64,000 nucleotides of DNA from Halocafeteria seosinensis (GCA_001687465.1 LVLI01000256.1:1-64000), one strand, 5' to 3'. Shown: positions 34,994 to 48,731, counted from the stretch's first letter. The notes: generated by a model not told the origin, from the sequence alone. Program-made: numbers and translations.

Positions 34994-35703
34994 TCATTTG
35001 GCGAGACCACTCACTAGTCTTGTTCCTCGCTCTCGTTTCTGTCGGGTAGAGTCATAAACATTCTGGAGTATGGAATCGAAAGTATCATCAAACTCTTTCA
35101 TTGCTCGCTGTTCGACCTCTCGAAAGATTGAATACAGCGTATCTGGATCTTTGGCGGGTTCCTCTTCGTCTTCATTATGGTTGTCTCCTGCGCTATGTGC
35201 TCCGCTTAAGTGCCCTGAGGTATTGAAACCAACCGGGGGACCGTATGTGTCTGCTGGCCCGTACTCGGCAGGTGATCCCACAGTGGGGTATACATACGTA
35301 TCTCTCCAAGATGCCGTTGAACGTTCTCGAAGTATTCTTTCGGTGTTTTCTAGAGCATCATCAATGCGGCTCCACCGCTGGGCCTGGCTCCTCGAGTCCA
35401 TCGTGTTTGTGGTTAACCGGCTCAAAACCACGCCGTCAAACCAAAGCCACCCTTGATGGTGATTCGTAAAAGCAAACCAAATGATACACCCCGGTTCTGA
35501 ATTTGCAAGAGATCGTGTATACAGCTTCTGGAGGACAGATGCGCCAAAAAACCACACAAAACAGGAGTAGCGAGCTTCACAAATGTATATAAAGTCGCTG
35601 TACAAGGAGCGTCTTTCTGTCCATATACAAAGGGACAGATATCACATCTCTCTGAAACAATCGAACCATCCTCCTGACAATGATGAACTCCATCTCCATA
35701 CAT
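34994..35703 (-). CDS. Hypothetical protein (exon structure and start uncertain)
   Basis: 203-codon open frame 34994-35605 with protein-like composition; possible upstream exon from ATG 35703 with a weak donor. Confidence 0.45.
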
Positions 35704-35918
35704 GAGCGCTCAGCGTGGCGGCTGCTGTATACAACGAACTTCAACTTCAACGTATCCGCGGACTCATTTAGCTTATCTTGATGGGTTTACATTCATTGAG
35801 ACGTTGCAGAAAGTGTTTGAGCTCATTATATTTAATTTACATCCTCGTGTGTCGTGTCCCTATCGCCAGAGCCCTTGGGCTTGTATTTGTAGTGAACAGA
35901 GTCCACGAGAGCGGTATC

Positions 35919-36632
35919 ATGGCGTCCAAGGAAGATGATGACGATGATTTCCCTGTAGACCGTGCTGTATTGGATGATTTTGCGGAATCATTTTTTGACG
36001 AATCCGTGGAAGGTGCGTCTATCGGTCCGAAACTGTGGAGAGTCCTTGTGGTGCAAACTAACGCTCGTGTATCCTGTTACTCACGCAGAGGAGTTCCATC
36101 AATTTGTTAAAGAGGAGGCACCGAAATTCCGTAATGCTTCCAAGGAGCAGGCACATGATGAGGAGGAGCATAGTCTCGAGTATGTTGAATACTTCCGATC
36201 CCTTTGGTTGATTCCTTTCAGACGTACCATTCCAAGGTATTGCAGACACTACAATAGCTACCTCAAATTTGTTGAGATGGCAGAGAGAAGACTAGATGGT
36301 AAGCTTTAAACTGGTGCAATTGATGTTCCATTATCAGTGAAATACAAATGGAATTTATCGCAGAGTTCTTGGACAAACATAACATATCCAAGGAGGATTT
36401 TGTCAATATGTGTGAAATGGTAAGCACCTGTCAGTGTTGATCCCTCGGAGGCTCAGCTCCCCTTCAATGCACCGAAGCAATGTTGCAGCTACAAAACGAC
36501 GAATCCGGAGATTTCGATGATCACAAATTTATTGTTAATGTTCTTCTAGCGACAACGGACTACCATGAATTTTTGAATCTTATGAGGGAAGAGATACGGG
36601 AGCAAGACGGATTCGATAGTGAGTCTGACTAG
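35919..36632 (+). CDS. ARL2-binding BART-domain protein (CFAP36/ARL2BP-like), five exons
   Basis: Spliced: FHQFVKEEAPKF...EEHSLE|HYNSYLKFVEMAERRLD|EFL...SKEDF...LLATTDYHEFLNLM. Confidence 0.8.
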
Positions 36633-37044
36633 ACCGACATGACTATCAATAATGAGGAGTGAAGTCTGAGTGTGCACTCCGACGAAGTTCATCTTTGTCC
36701 GTAGTCTTATCGTCTCGGCAGGGCAAACTACAGTAGTTGTAACAAAGCCACAAATACCTACGGATGGAACCGTTATTGCTCAAGCCCAATGCAATGATTC
36801 ACCACTAGTATTCGGAATTTTCCATCCGCCATTTTTTGGACTTACTCTCAGTAGTGTAAGGACCCTTTCCGTTTGCTATAGAATACTTGGGTACAAATTC
36901 CCGAGCAAGTAACACGTTCACAGATCCAGTCAGCTGAAGTCTTCCTGACGTCAGGTGGATAGGCTGGTCTAAATGTACATGCATGGTTGACAGTACCAAT
37001 ATTGATTGAGCTGTAACAAGACGCTTAAAATACAGACGCATACA

Positions 37045-37563
37045 ATGGAGGGGTCCAGGCGTCCTAAACAGAAAGAAAATGCGCTGATGAAAGCCAAACG
37101 ACGCTTCCTGGAGGAGCCTCTGGTGCCGATTGGTAAGTGAGGAATTTGTTGTGGCTCGACGGGATGTCACGTTTTTGAGAAGAGAATGATTATATACGTG
37201 CTTTTCACAGGTCTGGTGCTCGTAGTGGGAGTATTTGGACGAGGCTTGAAGGCGTTGTACTCGGGCGATTCCAAGACCTCCTTCCGAATGATGCGCTACC
37301 GTGTACTTTTTCAAGGGGCCACAGTGGTGGCTATATTATATGGGATGTACTTTCATCATTTTACTAAACAGAATAACTCGACAGCGATGGAGCCAGGCAA
37401 CAACAGACTTGCCGTGGATAAGCGATACTATCTGGAGAACGCAAAAAAGTGGAACATTGATGTACAGAGAGAAGAGGATGCTACGACAAAAGCGGTGGCA
37501 GATGGATCAGATAGTAATACTCAGAGTAATTCAGAATCAATGCAGTTATCAGCCGAAAGATGA
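37045..37563 (+). CDS. HIG1-domain protein (HIGD/Rcf1-like)
   Basis: KRRFLEEPLVPI|GLVLVVGVFGRGLKALYSGD...MMRYRVLFQGATVVAIL; one intron. Confidence 0.88.
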
Positions 37564-38062
37564 AGGAACCGATTTCCAGGGCAGGGCTGCAATAGAACAT
37601 CGAGCACTAGCTTAATTCTACGATGCTTGAGTCCCTCTCAGTAACTATACAGGAGCTTCACAGCTTTCTAAGTGCACACAATAATTTTTTCGCCTCTTGT
37701 CAAGCGTACCATCGAGTTGTGTCCAGCTACAGCACACTCTGTTTGCCCATTGTGGCCGCAACCAATGAAAATTGATTGGAGGCAGGTGTGAATTTCATGT
37801 CCTATTCACCCTATTACACTGTACGCCAGCTGTTGAGTTGATGCAATACCACAAATTTTAAAGTAGTTTGTTAAGTTCGCCCATCTTTGGAATTTAGCAA
37901 AACTTAACGTAACTCACCAATCGAGCTTTTGGAAGCCAATTGGTACTTACTAGATTGTAACAGTAGTTGTCCCACCCTAAATTGACTTGTTGTCGGGCAC
38001 AATGCATTGAGCTCAAACTGTTCAAATTCTGTTCCATGTAGAAAAGAATAAAGAAAAAACAT

Positions 38063-40206
38063 ATGAGGACGGCATTCTGTGGTGGTGACTCGCTCTGGAT
38101 AGGCATCTGTGTCGTCCTCCTCATTGGGAGTGCCGCAGCACTCTCGTCCTCGTCTACCACGCCCATTCAAGCAGATACAGACTGCGGTCGCGTCGAGGGC
38201 CTTCTAAACACTTCCACGAATGTGGCATCGTTCAAGGGGATCCCTTATGGAGCTCCTCCAACGGGAGAACGTCGGTGGGAATCGCCGACTTCGCGCAAAG
38301 AGGCGGGATTATGCTGGGAAAACCATGTATGGGGCGCCAAAGATTATGGGCCGTATTGCGTTCAGGGAGATCCCTTCGACAGCGCGGGACAGGAAGATTG
38401 TCTCTACCTGAATGTGTGGTCCAGCAATATGCCTCCGTCACAGGTTCGTCATGTCTACCTCGAACTTTCACTGATCACGGATTGTAATTCCTGGGGCTGT
38501 TGCCGCAGGTGAATGAATCACAAACTTCGTTGCAACCAGTGGTTGTCTTCATCTATGGAGGGGATTTAACAGGAGGAAGGACGAACTTGTATCCTTTAGA
38601 TTACTTGGCAGAGAAAGAGAACATTGTCGCTGTGAGCATGAATTATCGCTTGAACCTGTTTGGATTCTTGGCAACCCGAGAGTTGACTGAAGTAAGCTTG
38701 TTGCGTTTCCTAGACTTGCTACCATCTACACCAGTGCTGTTTTTATTGACAGACTTCCTCGCGAGGGTCATCTGGAAACTATGGCTTCGAGGATCAGCAA
38801 CTGGCACTGCGATGGATTCAGAGAAACATCGAGCATTTTGGAGGAGATCCTAACCGTGTTACACTGCTGGGCCAAAGCTCTGGTGGTACCAGTATATTCG
38901 CGCTATTGTCTTCTCCTGCCTCTAGGTACGAAAACTGCACACAGTCAATTACCCGGTTCTGTTCCCAGTTTGACAGAGACGCTTCTACTTCTGCTCCAGT
39001 GGCCTGTTCCATCACGCAATCAGTTTGTCAGGTTCACCCAACCTCACAATGACTCTGGTCGAGGCAGAAAAACAAAATGCTGATATTCCAAAGCAACTCA
39101 ATTGCCTCAAGGAGAATGATCCCGGTGCTACTGTGGCGTGCATGAAAAACAAGAGCAGCGACGAAATTAAGAAAGTTGTTCCTGCCTCTTGGGACTCCAC
39201 GAAAGGACTATGGGGATTTCCACCCTCCGAGGCCGCACATGACCCAAAAGGTCTCAATGCTGCAGGTACGCGCACATATGCATGTTTTGCGTCTTAAGCG
39301 GTATAACTATTCTTGCCTTTGCTTATTCAGGAGTCGCCATTGTCGACGGTAGAGTTGTCCAAACGGATTTGCTTAGTGCACTTGAAGAGGGAACCATAGA
39401 TGTCCCATTTATTGTTGGCACCATGGCACAGGAGCCAGATCTCTCTCCGAACAAGGTAGTTTGGGGTATGAAGAAGAGCAATTTCTCGAAATTAGTGAAC
39501 GACAGTTTCAGTCCCTGGGGAGACGATGTCGGTGAACATATCCTCAGTGCTTATTCGAAGGAGATGGAGAACGGTGGTCCACAGAAAGCGTATGACTCCA
39601 TACTAACTGACTATGGAGTATCGTGCGGTAATATGGAAGTGGCAATGGCCGCCGCCAGAGGATTTAGGTCTCCAGTATATAGTTATGTGATGAGTCAATG
39701 CCCTGAGAAACCAATGTGGAACTTGGGTAAGCTAGATGCGCAGTTCCACAAAGCGACCAGAGTGCGATTTATTACGATGATTCAACGAACATGCAGACAT
39801 ATTTTACCAAAATCGTTTCGCATTCCATACGTTCGAACTCTTTGCGGCGATCAACCAATATGATATATACTCGGCACTCCTGGGCCTCCCCTCCTATACG
39901 CCTGAGAGTTGCGACATCCAATATGGCAAGTTAGTCCGAAGTGCTTGGACCCAACTAAGCTACGATGGCAGATTGGACCCTGACAGTCCTAGTGGCTGGC
40001 TGGCCATCAATGACGTAGCAGGATTCCCATCTTCATACAATGTCGGTGTTATAGGAAATACAATTGACGGTTGCCATCGCCTTCCCACGCTTTCGAAGCA
40101 ACAACAGTGCGTTGTGAAAGCTAGAAATGTGAACAGTTACAAGAAGTCCACTTGTTCCTGGTGGAAATCCATCGGCTTTGACATGAGATTCTGGTGGAGT
40201 AATTGA
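38063..40206 (+). CDS. Secreted type-B carboxylesterase/lipase
   Basis: Signal peptide, FKGIPYGAPP, EDCLYLNVW, NYRLNLFGFL, FGGDPNRVTLLGQSSGG, AFHTFEL. Confidence 0.93.
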
Positions 40207-40647
40207 CGGGAGCCAAACAGCTGTGAGGTGCTTGGAATGGAAGTTGGGTAGTCATCAAGAACCTCCAGTTGTTTTCCGTGTTCGCAGACGTAGGGAGAAC
40301 CTGCATTCTTCTATAGTTGAAAGCGTGTGGAGGCAGGTGCACAATTCGGTTCTTCTACGGAGTTCGGAACTATTCTACTTCTTTTGATTCCGTCGTACTC
40401 CCTCTGACGGGGTAAGTTATGTCCGTGTTTCGAACTCCAGAGGGAGGATGCGCGATGCAGAGCCACGCTACGACTTGCCGGAGTCTACGTACTCCTACTA
40501 TAGGAAGTAGATCGGTATTATGGAGCATGACACAATCTTGACCCATACAGTAGAAACATTTATGTATATTTGGAGAGCGCTCCCCGCTCCCTCAAGTCTA
40601 CTGACATGAATAATGAATAAGAGTCTTTAACCATACTACGTCGTATC

Positions 40648-43600
40648 TCATCCAGATCTCCTTGCGTAGAAAAGAACATAAGCTGTGGACCTGGTTTTCT
40701 CCTTTTCAACTTCGGTTCTATCTACCTCTTCTACGAACGAGTCATCAACAAGGTACCAGGTGCCGTGAAGCTCGCGTTCCTCTAGGGTACCAGAGTCTAC
40801 GCGCAGTTCGTGTACATGTTCCGCATTGCCCCGAGCAATAGCCTCGACAAGTTCAAAAGGAAATCCAAGATTAGAAGAAAACCCGCAACGGGAACGTAGC
40901 CATCCCGGTGCGAGGAAGCTGGAATCGTCCAAGTGCTGGGTGGCCCCGTAGCGAACATATGCAATATAGTGTCCACCCTCCATTCGGCCTCTGTGACAGA
41001 CGACCCCAAAACAGTCATAACGTGTATCTTCATCATGTGGCTCTATATCTTCAACTTGAATTGGATACGACTGCAAGGCGTTGTCTCCCTCTTCGGATAC
41101 CCTGTCACGCTGTTGTGACTCTTTCAGCTTTTTCCGGATGCGCTTCGCCCAAGCGCCTTTCCTCACAGGGGAGGGAGCTACGAATTCATCCAAGTTTAGA
41201 TCATCAAGAGGGAACGAAATGGGGTGCGTAAGCTTGCGAGGGTTAAGATGGTGCTGCGACTTGCTTGTTTGGGTTGGCTTGCTTTTTTCAGAATCTGCGC
41301 TAGCGGTCGCGGTATCGGGACGATTTTGCTCGGAACCCACTCCTACAGCAGTCCCCGAATCATCGGCACCAGAGGGAGATATGTACTCACTGAGACTGTG
41401 ATTCAATGAACGGGAAGGCAGTAGCCGCCAGTTGCCATCGGAGACGTCGTTAGTATCTAGCGAAGGAGGGGCACATTGAAAGCGGTTCAACTGTACAATG
41501 AGAATTAGGGGCAGCGGGGGTAACAGCCATGTCTTCGCCAATCCATAGCGGTAACGCTTTTCTCCCTTTTGCTTATCCTCTTCATTTTCCACTTTATGGG
41601 TAATATGTGGTGAAAAATAAGCTCGAAGACATTCTTCTAGAGAGTCAATATCACGCAATTCTTCCCCGGAATATTTCACTTCCATGACCTGATGTGAAGA
41701 TAGTTGGCTGGTAGGAAAGAGAGAATAGAGCGAACGAGCAAAATATGAGGAGAATGCTTCAGGTTGCACCGTGGAAGATACGGGTAACGGGGGTAGTAAC
41801 TCTCCATCATCTGGCCCTAACTGAAGGTCATCTGACAACAATTCTTCGTCGGTCAAGACTACCGCCTCACCCGAATTAGACTGCTGGCCCAATTGGTCAG
41901 ACTCGTGTAAGGATGATTTCTGCCCATTCTCTACCTGACCGCTCCTCTTCTCCCTTCTAAAGACCTTCTTCATTAACCAAGATCGCAGTCCAGACTTTTC
42001 TTTGCGTTTACTCTTAGAGCCACTGTGTTTAGGATCTTTTCCACGTTTCGCCGGCTCTAGAACATCCCATTGACGCTCTACAACCGTATAGAGGAAAAAC
42101 ATTTGCTTTATGATTGACGTTTCCAACTCAATGGTTTCTTGAGGTACTCTCAAACTTGGTATGTCCATAACAAACTGGTAGAAACGCTTTCCGTTCGACA
42201 AAGGGATCTCATTACATTCTGCGACGCGCCATAAACATTAGTGAATAGCAAAGGTACATAAACAACATTGCTCCTAATACTCACCTTTAATTTTGGAAAA
42301 TTTATGATTTGAACAGGAATCACCAACAGTCCATACACAAAATGAAGGATGAGGATCTACAGAGTAAGTAATTACGTTCTCATGATCCAGAGTCTCGATT
42401 GGGATACGGTATTTTCGCGCCATGTCTTCGTGAAGGGCGTCGACTACTGCCATTAAGGCCTCGTGTGCATCCTGCTGCCCGACTCCATGAAACACTCGGT
42501 CCTGCATTGGAACACACGAGAGATCTACTGTCACTCCTTAACGAGTGCATACGCAACGTGGTACCTAGGACCCACCTTTTCTGTCAAAAGCGATTTGATC
42601 CAAACGGGTGCAATACATGTTCGTTTTCCAAGCCACATGTTCCACAACAGAGCGGCAAAGGCTTCGGCGAACCGTGCATTTAAACCAAATCTGATATAAT
42701 TCGTAAAGCAATAAGAGGTAAGTGGCGGCACCGTTATGCTGAGGGGTGGAATCTACTATAATCAACGCTGAGCTGCTTACTTTCTGTGCATGTTCAAATG
42801 TGCACGAAACGGAAGTCCCGATAGTAAATACGTAGCCAGAGGTGTCGTATGAGCAAGACATTGCAGAATGGAATTGAAATAGCATGTGTTCTGCAAGTTC
42901 TCCAAGCCGACCAGTCCCCGGCGAAGCCTTCCCGTTGGGCTTCCACAAAACTCATTGGTCGGCACAGCCATGGAGCCGTAATTTGTGTCGCCCTCGAACG
43001 CGAATTCGAGCTCCCTGCAGCCGATTGAATACGGAGTTTTCCTCGACAAATGCATACCCCGTCCAATAGATTTTACATACTTAATGTTATGTTCTAGGGT
43101 TTCATGGTCGTAAACGATACGTACGGCGCCACTCTGCTCCTCATAAGAAACTATCACCCCGCAATCTAAGCTTGATCGCCGCCTGTTTAGGGTGTATACT
43201 CTTCGCCCTAACAAGGTCTGCCAGGCAACGGAACGAGTCCGGGTACACGAGAATAAACGTTCAAGCGAGGATTGGGGTACCTCTTCCAATCCCGATTTGT
43301 TGGAAGAGTGAAGAGGATACGTGCAGTCTGTAATGTCGAGCGTCTTTTCATGCTCCGTACCGGACATGGGTGTCGGAGAGTAGACAGCATCGAAGCAACA
43401 GTGGTCTGGATGTTCGGTGATATCCATGTTTTCGGTGGCTTTTCCGTCCTGAAGGAAGAGTTGCGGTTCCGCAGTCCATAACACAGGAAATTCGTCTAGG
43501 CAAATCTCTGCGACAGTACCAACCCATGTGAGGTTCCCGTCTGCACCACCGTCGTCCCCCGCAGGAGCTTACCTCTCTTCTTCCCTCTAATAGAAACGAT

Positions 43601-44432
43601 GTGTTTCCCAACAGCTGCGTCATAATCGTGAATAGTCATGTTTTCCCATTTATGCTGATGCACTAAGATCAATGCCGTCTTGTCAACAACCTCGCTGCAA
43701 ACTCATTCGGACGACCATCATTCAACCTAAACACGACTCCAACCAACCAACAGGCAAAACTCACTCCTTGTATCCTTTCTCTAAAATAAACTGCCTTGAA
43801 GGCAAGTAATACCACTTCTTATCGCCATCGTCGTAAAAGACGAAATGCATATCTTCTTGCTCGGAGTAATTTGTTATCCGTCCCCGGTACCAAGCGTCGT
43901 CTAATGGCCAGTACACACGAACGCGGTCTGCAGATCAAGATAGGATACAACGTATTCATCGGATTCATTGTCTCTACAGTGGTCAGTCACGACTTGTTTT
44001 TGGTATCTTACTTCCGAGTAACCCGTGCGGGTCTTTCGGCTGTTCGACGACGTGGTGGGAATCCCTCTGTGCCATCGACCCACTTGCCGGAGAGCCCTGA
44101 GTGGACGCTGTAGTGCTCGAACCTTGGACAGAATCCAATGGAGGAACAGCGTTCCTCTTATCGCGGTGATGGTCCCCGTTTTCCCCAGCATAGCCGCCGT
44201 TTGTCGTTGGTTCGTCAATTCCGGTGCCTACGGCTCCGTCAGGATATTTTCTACGGCGTCTTCTCCGGGGACCCTCTCTATCCGCAGCCTCTTCTTCCAA
44301 GCTCTGTTGCCTCTGCCGGGCACCTTCGGTGCTATATTGTTCTCCGCCTTCCGTGTATGCGTTCGCATGGCTGCCATTACCGTTCATGTTCTCCGGCTTC
44401 AAGTTGTAGTTCGTCCCAGGAGCACGGCTCAT
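40648..44432 (-). CDS. Ubiquitin-specific protease (C19) with N-terminal Tudor-like repeats
   Basis: Cys box GLENLQNTCYFNSILQCL, QQDAHE, His box HRGRMEGGHYIAY, WYLVDDS, AYVLFY; upstream exons splice in frame from ATG 44432. Confidence 0.88.
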
Positions 44433-44922
44433 GTTTACCCTCTACACATGGCTCCTCGAAGGAATATACACAAGAATCCCCCTCGGTACGTAATACAATA
44501 TAGGTATATGACAGGCAAGAAATGGTCATGTAGCTATTCTACCCCCTTAACAACAAGAAAATGACGCACAAAGGTGACGGCTTGGGCTGCTGTTTGTGTT
44601 TTCTTGGCTAACTACCATGGTACAACAACAATCTTTTTTTTTGACGCTACGTGGTTGAAGTTTGTAAAGTTTGTAGATGGCCATGGACGCCATGACTCAC
44701 GACTCTGTGCTTCCGTCACTAGACACGACACAGCTATTAAATCAGCTTCTACAATCCTGCTCATGGAATTTTCAGCCAAATTTTTTATTTATTTGATCAG
44801 TTCATTTCTTGGTACAGTGGTCGAGGATCGACCAAGCATTTGAATTTGCGACCTCAGCTACTTCGAAGTTCCAACCAGATACAAACGTTCTCCGGAGAGG
44901 CGAGACGAAGGATTGTTATCGT

Positions 44923-45683
44923 TCACCGAATAAACGCGTACTGTAGTGCTTCGGGGGTTGTCAAAGGGACAGGAAGTTGCCCATGCAAGAGCGGCTTGCG
45001 TGGACTGAAGATTTTCGCCTGACGAATCCTCGTGTCTCGTCCTTGTTGGTGCATACTTATGATACTTATACAAACAATAAACGTCTTCATACAACCATCC
45101 TTTGTCCCAAGCGGTATTTTAACCCACCCCGAAGGTTCCGCAAGTTCAACTGTCTTCACTGCCGCCATATCTTGGAAAGTGGTCCCAGCGGTGACTTGAA
45201 CCTGTGATTGAAAGTAGATAGCACTTTTGAATGCAAACTTGTAAACAACAAAGAACTTACTTTTTGCGGTGTATAGCTTTCATCTTCTTTATAGTCCACA
45301 TAAAAGGCCACACTATCTATCTCTTGCCTCTTGTGGAACTCGATAGTGACCACATGAGGCTGTAGCCCATCCGATTGCCAAAACGTATCCAGCTGCAAAA
45401 GAACCAGTTCACGAATACTACAGGGGCTTCACTGCATTCCCTTATACGATCATACCTTCTCATCTAGCATATTGTTTAGCTCATTACCCATTTTGGCCCC
45501 TGAGACAGTCCATTGACCTTCCTTATTCAGTTCACGGAGGTAATGAACATTCGTTAGTTGTTCCTCGACATAATACCCTGGCTCCTCTGTGTCTCCATGG
45601 CGATCTTCCTCTCCTTGGGATACGGGGACAATACTCGCTCCGGATCCCACATTCGTTCCTCCATTAGCCTGATTGTTGGCCAT
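44923..45683 (-). CDS. APC10: Anaphase-promoting complex subunit 10 (DOC1)
   Basis: WTVSGAK, DTFWQSDGLQPH, DESYTP, EPSGWV, HQQGRDTRIRQ, C-terminal IR tail. Confidence 0.95.
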
Positions 45684-46031
45684 ACTGCGCTGCAATTACC
45701 CACAAGGCCTCTATCACTCCATGATTCGAGTTCAAATGGCACCCTCCAGGTCAGCTTTCCTTCAGCTCACCACACCACATGTTTCAACAGTGTATATTTC
45801 CGCCAATAAGACAATACCATTTTGATATGCTACGCCTCTTCCTATACACTCACACACGCATGTGTACTGAAGACAATCTCGTTGAAGATGGGACTCCAGA
45901 ACTTCTGGACTTTCCCGGCCGTTAACCCCCTTTTACTAGAATATCCCCTGCAGAGGTTGTTATCGAAGACCATCTCCAGCTTATTTGATTGACATAGTAG
46001 GTAGTATCTGTACTGTCGAGGGGAAAGGGCC

Positions 46032-48731
46032 ATGTCTAGTACAACGAAAAAGAAATCAAGCACCAAATCCTCCGGCAAACCTCAGAAAAAATCGCCTTCC
46101 AAGAAGAGTAGTGGCCCTGCACAGCAGCAAGAAGCTCCCGGAGGAGGTGATGAGGGTGATACTTTGAGTGCCGAGATGATGCAGCAGACGAGGTCGATGC
46201 TGGAGGCGTTAATCAGTAAACCGAAATTGACAGATAAACTGCTCTCTAAGCCACCTTTCCGATTCTTACATGACGTCGTGACCAATGTTTCAGCCAATAC
46301 AGGGTTTTTGGAAGGATATTTTGAAGGACGAGAACTAGAACCCAAGTCGATGGATAAGCACGAGAAGGTGGATTATTTGAACAAGCTCATAGAGGCGGTC
46401 AAAGAAGCTTCAGGAGAGGACTTACAAGTCAAACCAAGTAAAATCGTGGCTGGACATGAACCCGATAAAACAAATGAACTCTTACAGGTGAGAACTACTT
46501 TCGCTGAGTACAAATGCTAATGACACAGGGTTTGACATGTGTTCTTGTTCTCTGCTGGTTCTTGGTATCAGGCGCTGGCCACAGCTGCTTCGCAATACAA
46601 GCAACAAAATACGCAACAGGGAGAGGACCACACGGCTACCGAGGAGCAGAAAGCCGCTGAAGATGATTGGACACAGCTGGAGCAACATCAGCAGGCAGAA
46701 CCAGAGTCTGTTCCAATGCCCCAACCAAAAGATTCTGCACTTGCGGAGGGGGGCGAAGCTAAAGAGCCAGAAGCTGAAGAGCCTTCTGGACAAGTACGTC
46801 GGTAACCCCCGCAGAAAGAAACAGAATCTCGCACGCTCTTTTTATCTTTTACTTGGTTGTTTGCAGCCTCCTCGACGTCCTCAATCCAGAATGTCTCGGC
46901 AAAACTCAGATAGGTCAAGTCGTCATACGGGTGAACGAGAGCGGCACCGGTCGTCCAAAAAGAAACAACGCCAAACCAATGTTTTCTTCGCTCCAGAGGT
47001 ATGCGGTGCTAGCCTTTTGCACGTGTGCTGAGACGATTTTGTTCACTTTGCTTTGCCTGAAGCAGAAATATGGAGTGGACGGTTCGCATGAGCTTACACG
47101 GGAATTACTTGGTAAAATAATAACACGGCCGAAACTGACCGACAAGTTGCTGTCCAAGCCTCCTATCAGGTTCTTACATGATATCGTGATGAATGTACGT
47201 TGTTAATTCATTCGATAGACAGTGTACTTTCTCGGATATATCTAAAAATCCCCGTTTCTGTACACCCGCAGGTCCAGCAAAATACTGGGTTTGCTAATGG
47301 CTTGCTTTCCGAAGAGCAGAAAGACTCACAAAATGTGAAACAAAAGGAGGAAAAGATAAAATTCCTTACGCAGCTTGTAGATGTGGTTGGGATACATTTG
47401 CGGACTCTTGTTCCTGCAAACCCTGCAAAAATTGTGGCGGGACTCGAGCCGGAGAAGACGAACATGCTTCTCCAACTACTTGCGATTGCTGCACAGTCCG
47501 GTGCTGCTGACGAAGCCGTTACATCAGTTTGTAGTGGAGAACATCAAAAAGAAAGCTATTCAGGTATTGGTGAAGGTCCCGTTGCAGCAGGAGTTGTGGA
47601 TACCGAGGACAATGATGAGCCTTCAGCAGGGAAGACCGCTGAGGATAATGAGACCTTCGAAACTCCATTACCACGAGAGAGTGTAAAGGAGCAAGCAGAA
47701 CCGGCTTATCGACAAGAAGGACGGTCGGAGCAACGGAAAAGAGACGCTGCGCCGAAGAGCGAGTCCAAGCAAGAAGCAGCTTCAGAAGAGGAAGAGGTCG
47801 TCCAGCCCTCAAACTCTCGCTCCACCAGCAATCGTCCGCAGACGGCTCGGAAACGCCCCCCGAAGAGTAATAAGGATAGTGGATCAGTTAGCAGTGGAGG
47901 GCCTTCATCAAGACAAGGAAGTGCTGATTTAAGGAGAAAGGATGGTGAAATGCCCGCCGGGGTAATGGCAGAAGGCACCGATGACAGTGACAGTGACGAA
48001 GACAGGGAATCCGAGTTTGCTGACCTAAATAATAAGAAAGTTTCCGACGATGCTATGGCTGCGGCTGGAAAAGGTAAACATACTAGAGATATATTACAGA
48101 CCCAGAGCAAATACGAAACTAAGAAAAAAGGAAATGATGCAAGCGAGTCCAAGCACGATGGTGAAGGTGGTATCCGTTTTGGCAAAATAAAAGCAAAGAA
48201 GGAAGGCTCTGGGTTTAGTGTGCAAGATATTGAAAAGTTAAGGGAGGCGATACAAAAACTATGTCAAAGCACGAATCCCTTAGGGAAGTCCCTAGTATGT
48301 ATGATGCTCTCGTTCTTGCTTTGCTGCGTTCACTCCGTAATGTCATGGCTAATTGCAGGACTATGTCCGAGATGATTTGGATGATATGCGGATGGAGCTA
48401 AACCAATGGCGATCTGAATACGAAGAATATTTTGGTAGGTAAAACCTCTAGCTGGCATCTCCTAAAGTGCTCTTATATGATCTTTGCTACTTTCTTCCCT
48501 ACTGCAGCTAAATTGCAACAAGAAAGAAAGGAAACAGAAGAGGAAGTTATCCCCTATAAATCACAGCTGCAGTCAGAGGAGCAAAAATGTGAGGAAGTTC
48601 GTCATAAGATAACCGGTATGAAAACCACGATAGCGAAGAACGAGGCGCGCATTCGGGAGTTATTAGAGATGGTTGTAACCAAAGGGGGGAATCACAAAGG
48701 CGAACGGCACCACCAGCGGCAACATCAATGA
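46032..48731 (+). CDS. IFT54: Intraflagellar transport protein IFT54/TRAF3IP1 (MIP-T3) with two CH domains
   Basis: [13 protein letters not shown]...[16 protein letters not shown] motif present twice; C-terminal [15 protein letters not shown] coiled coil. Confidence 0.92.

Noticed and set aside
36640..37040. Possible small minus-strand gene between the BART and HIG1 genes
   Set aside because: A GTAAGT...TAG intron-like signal exists but no recognisable protein results in any frame
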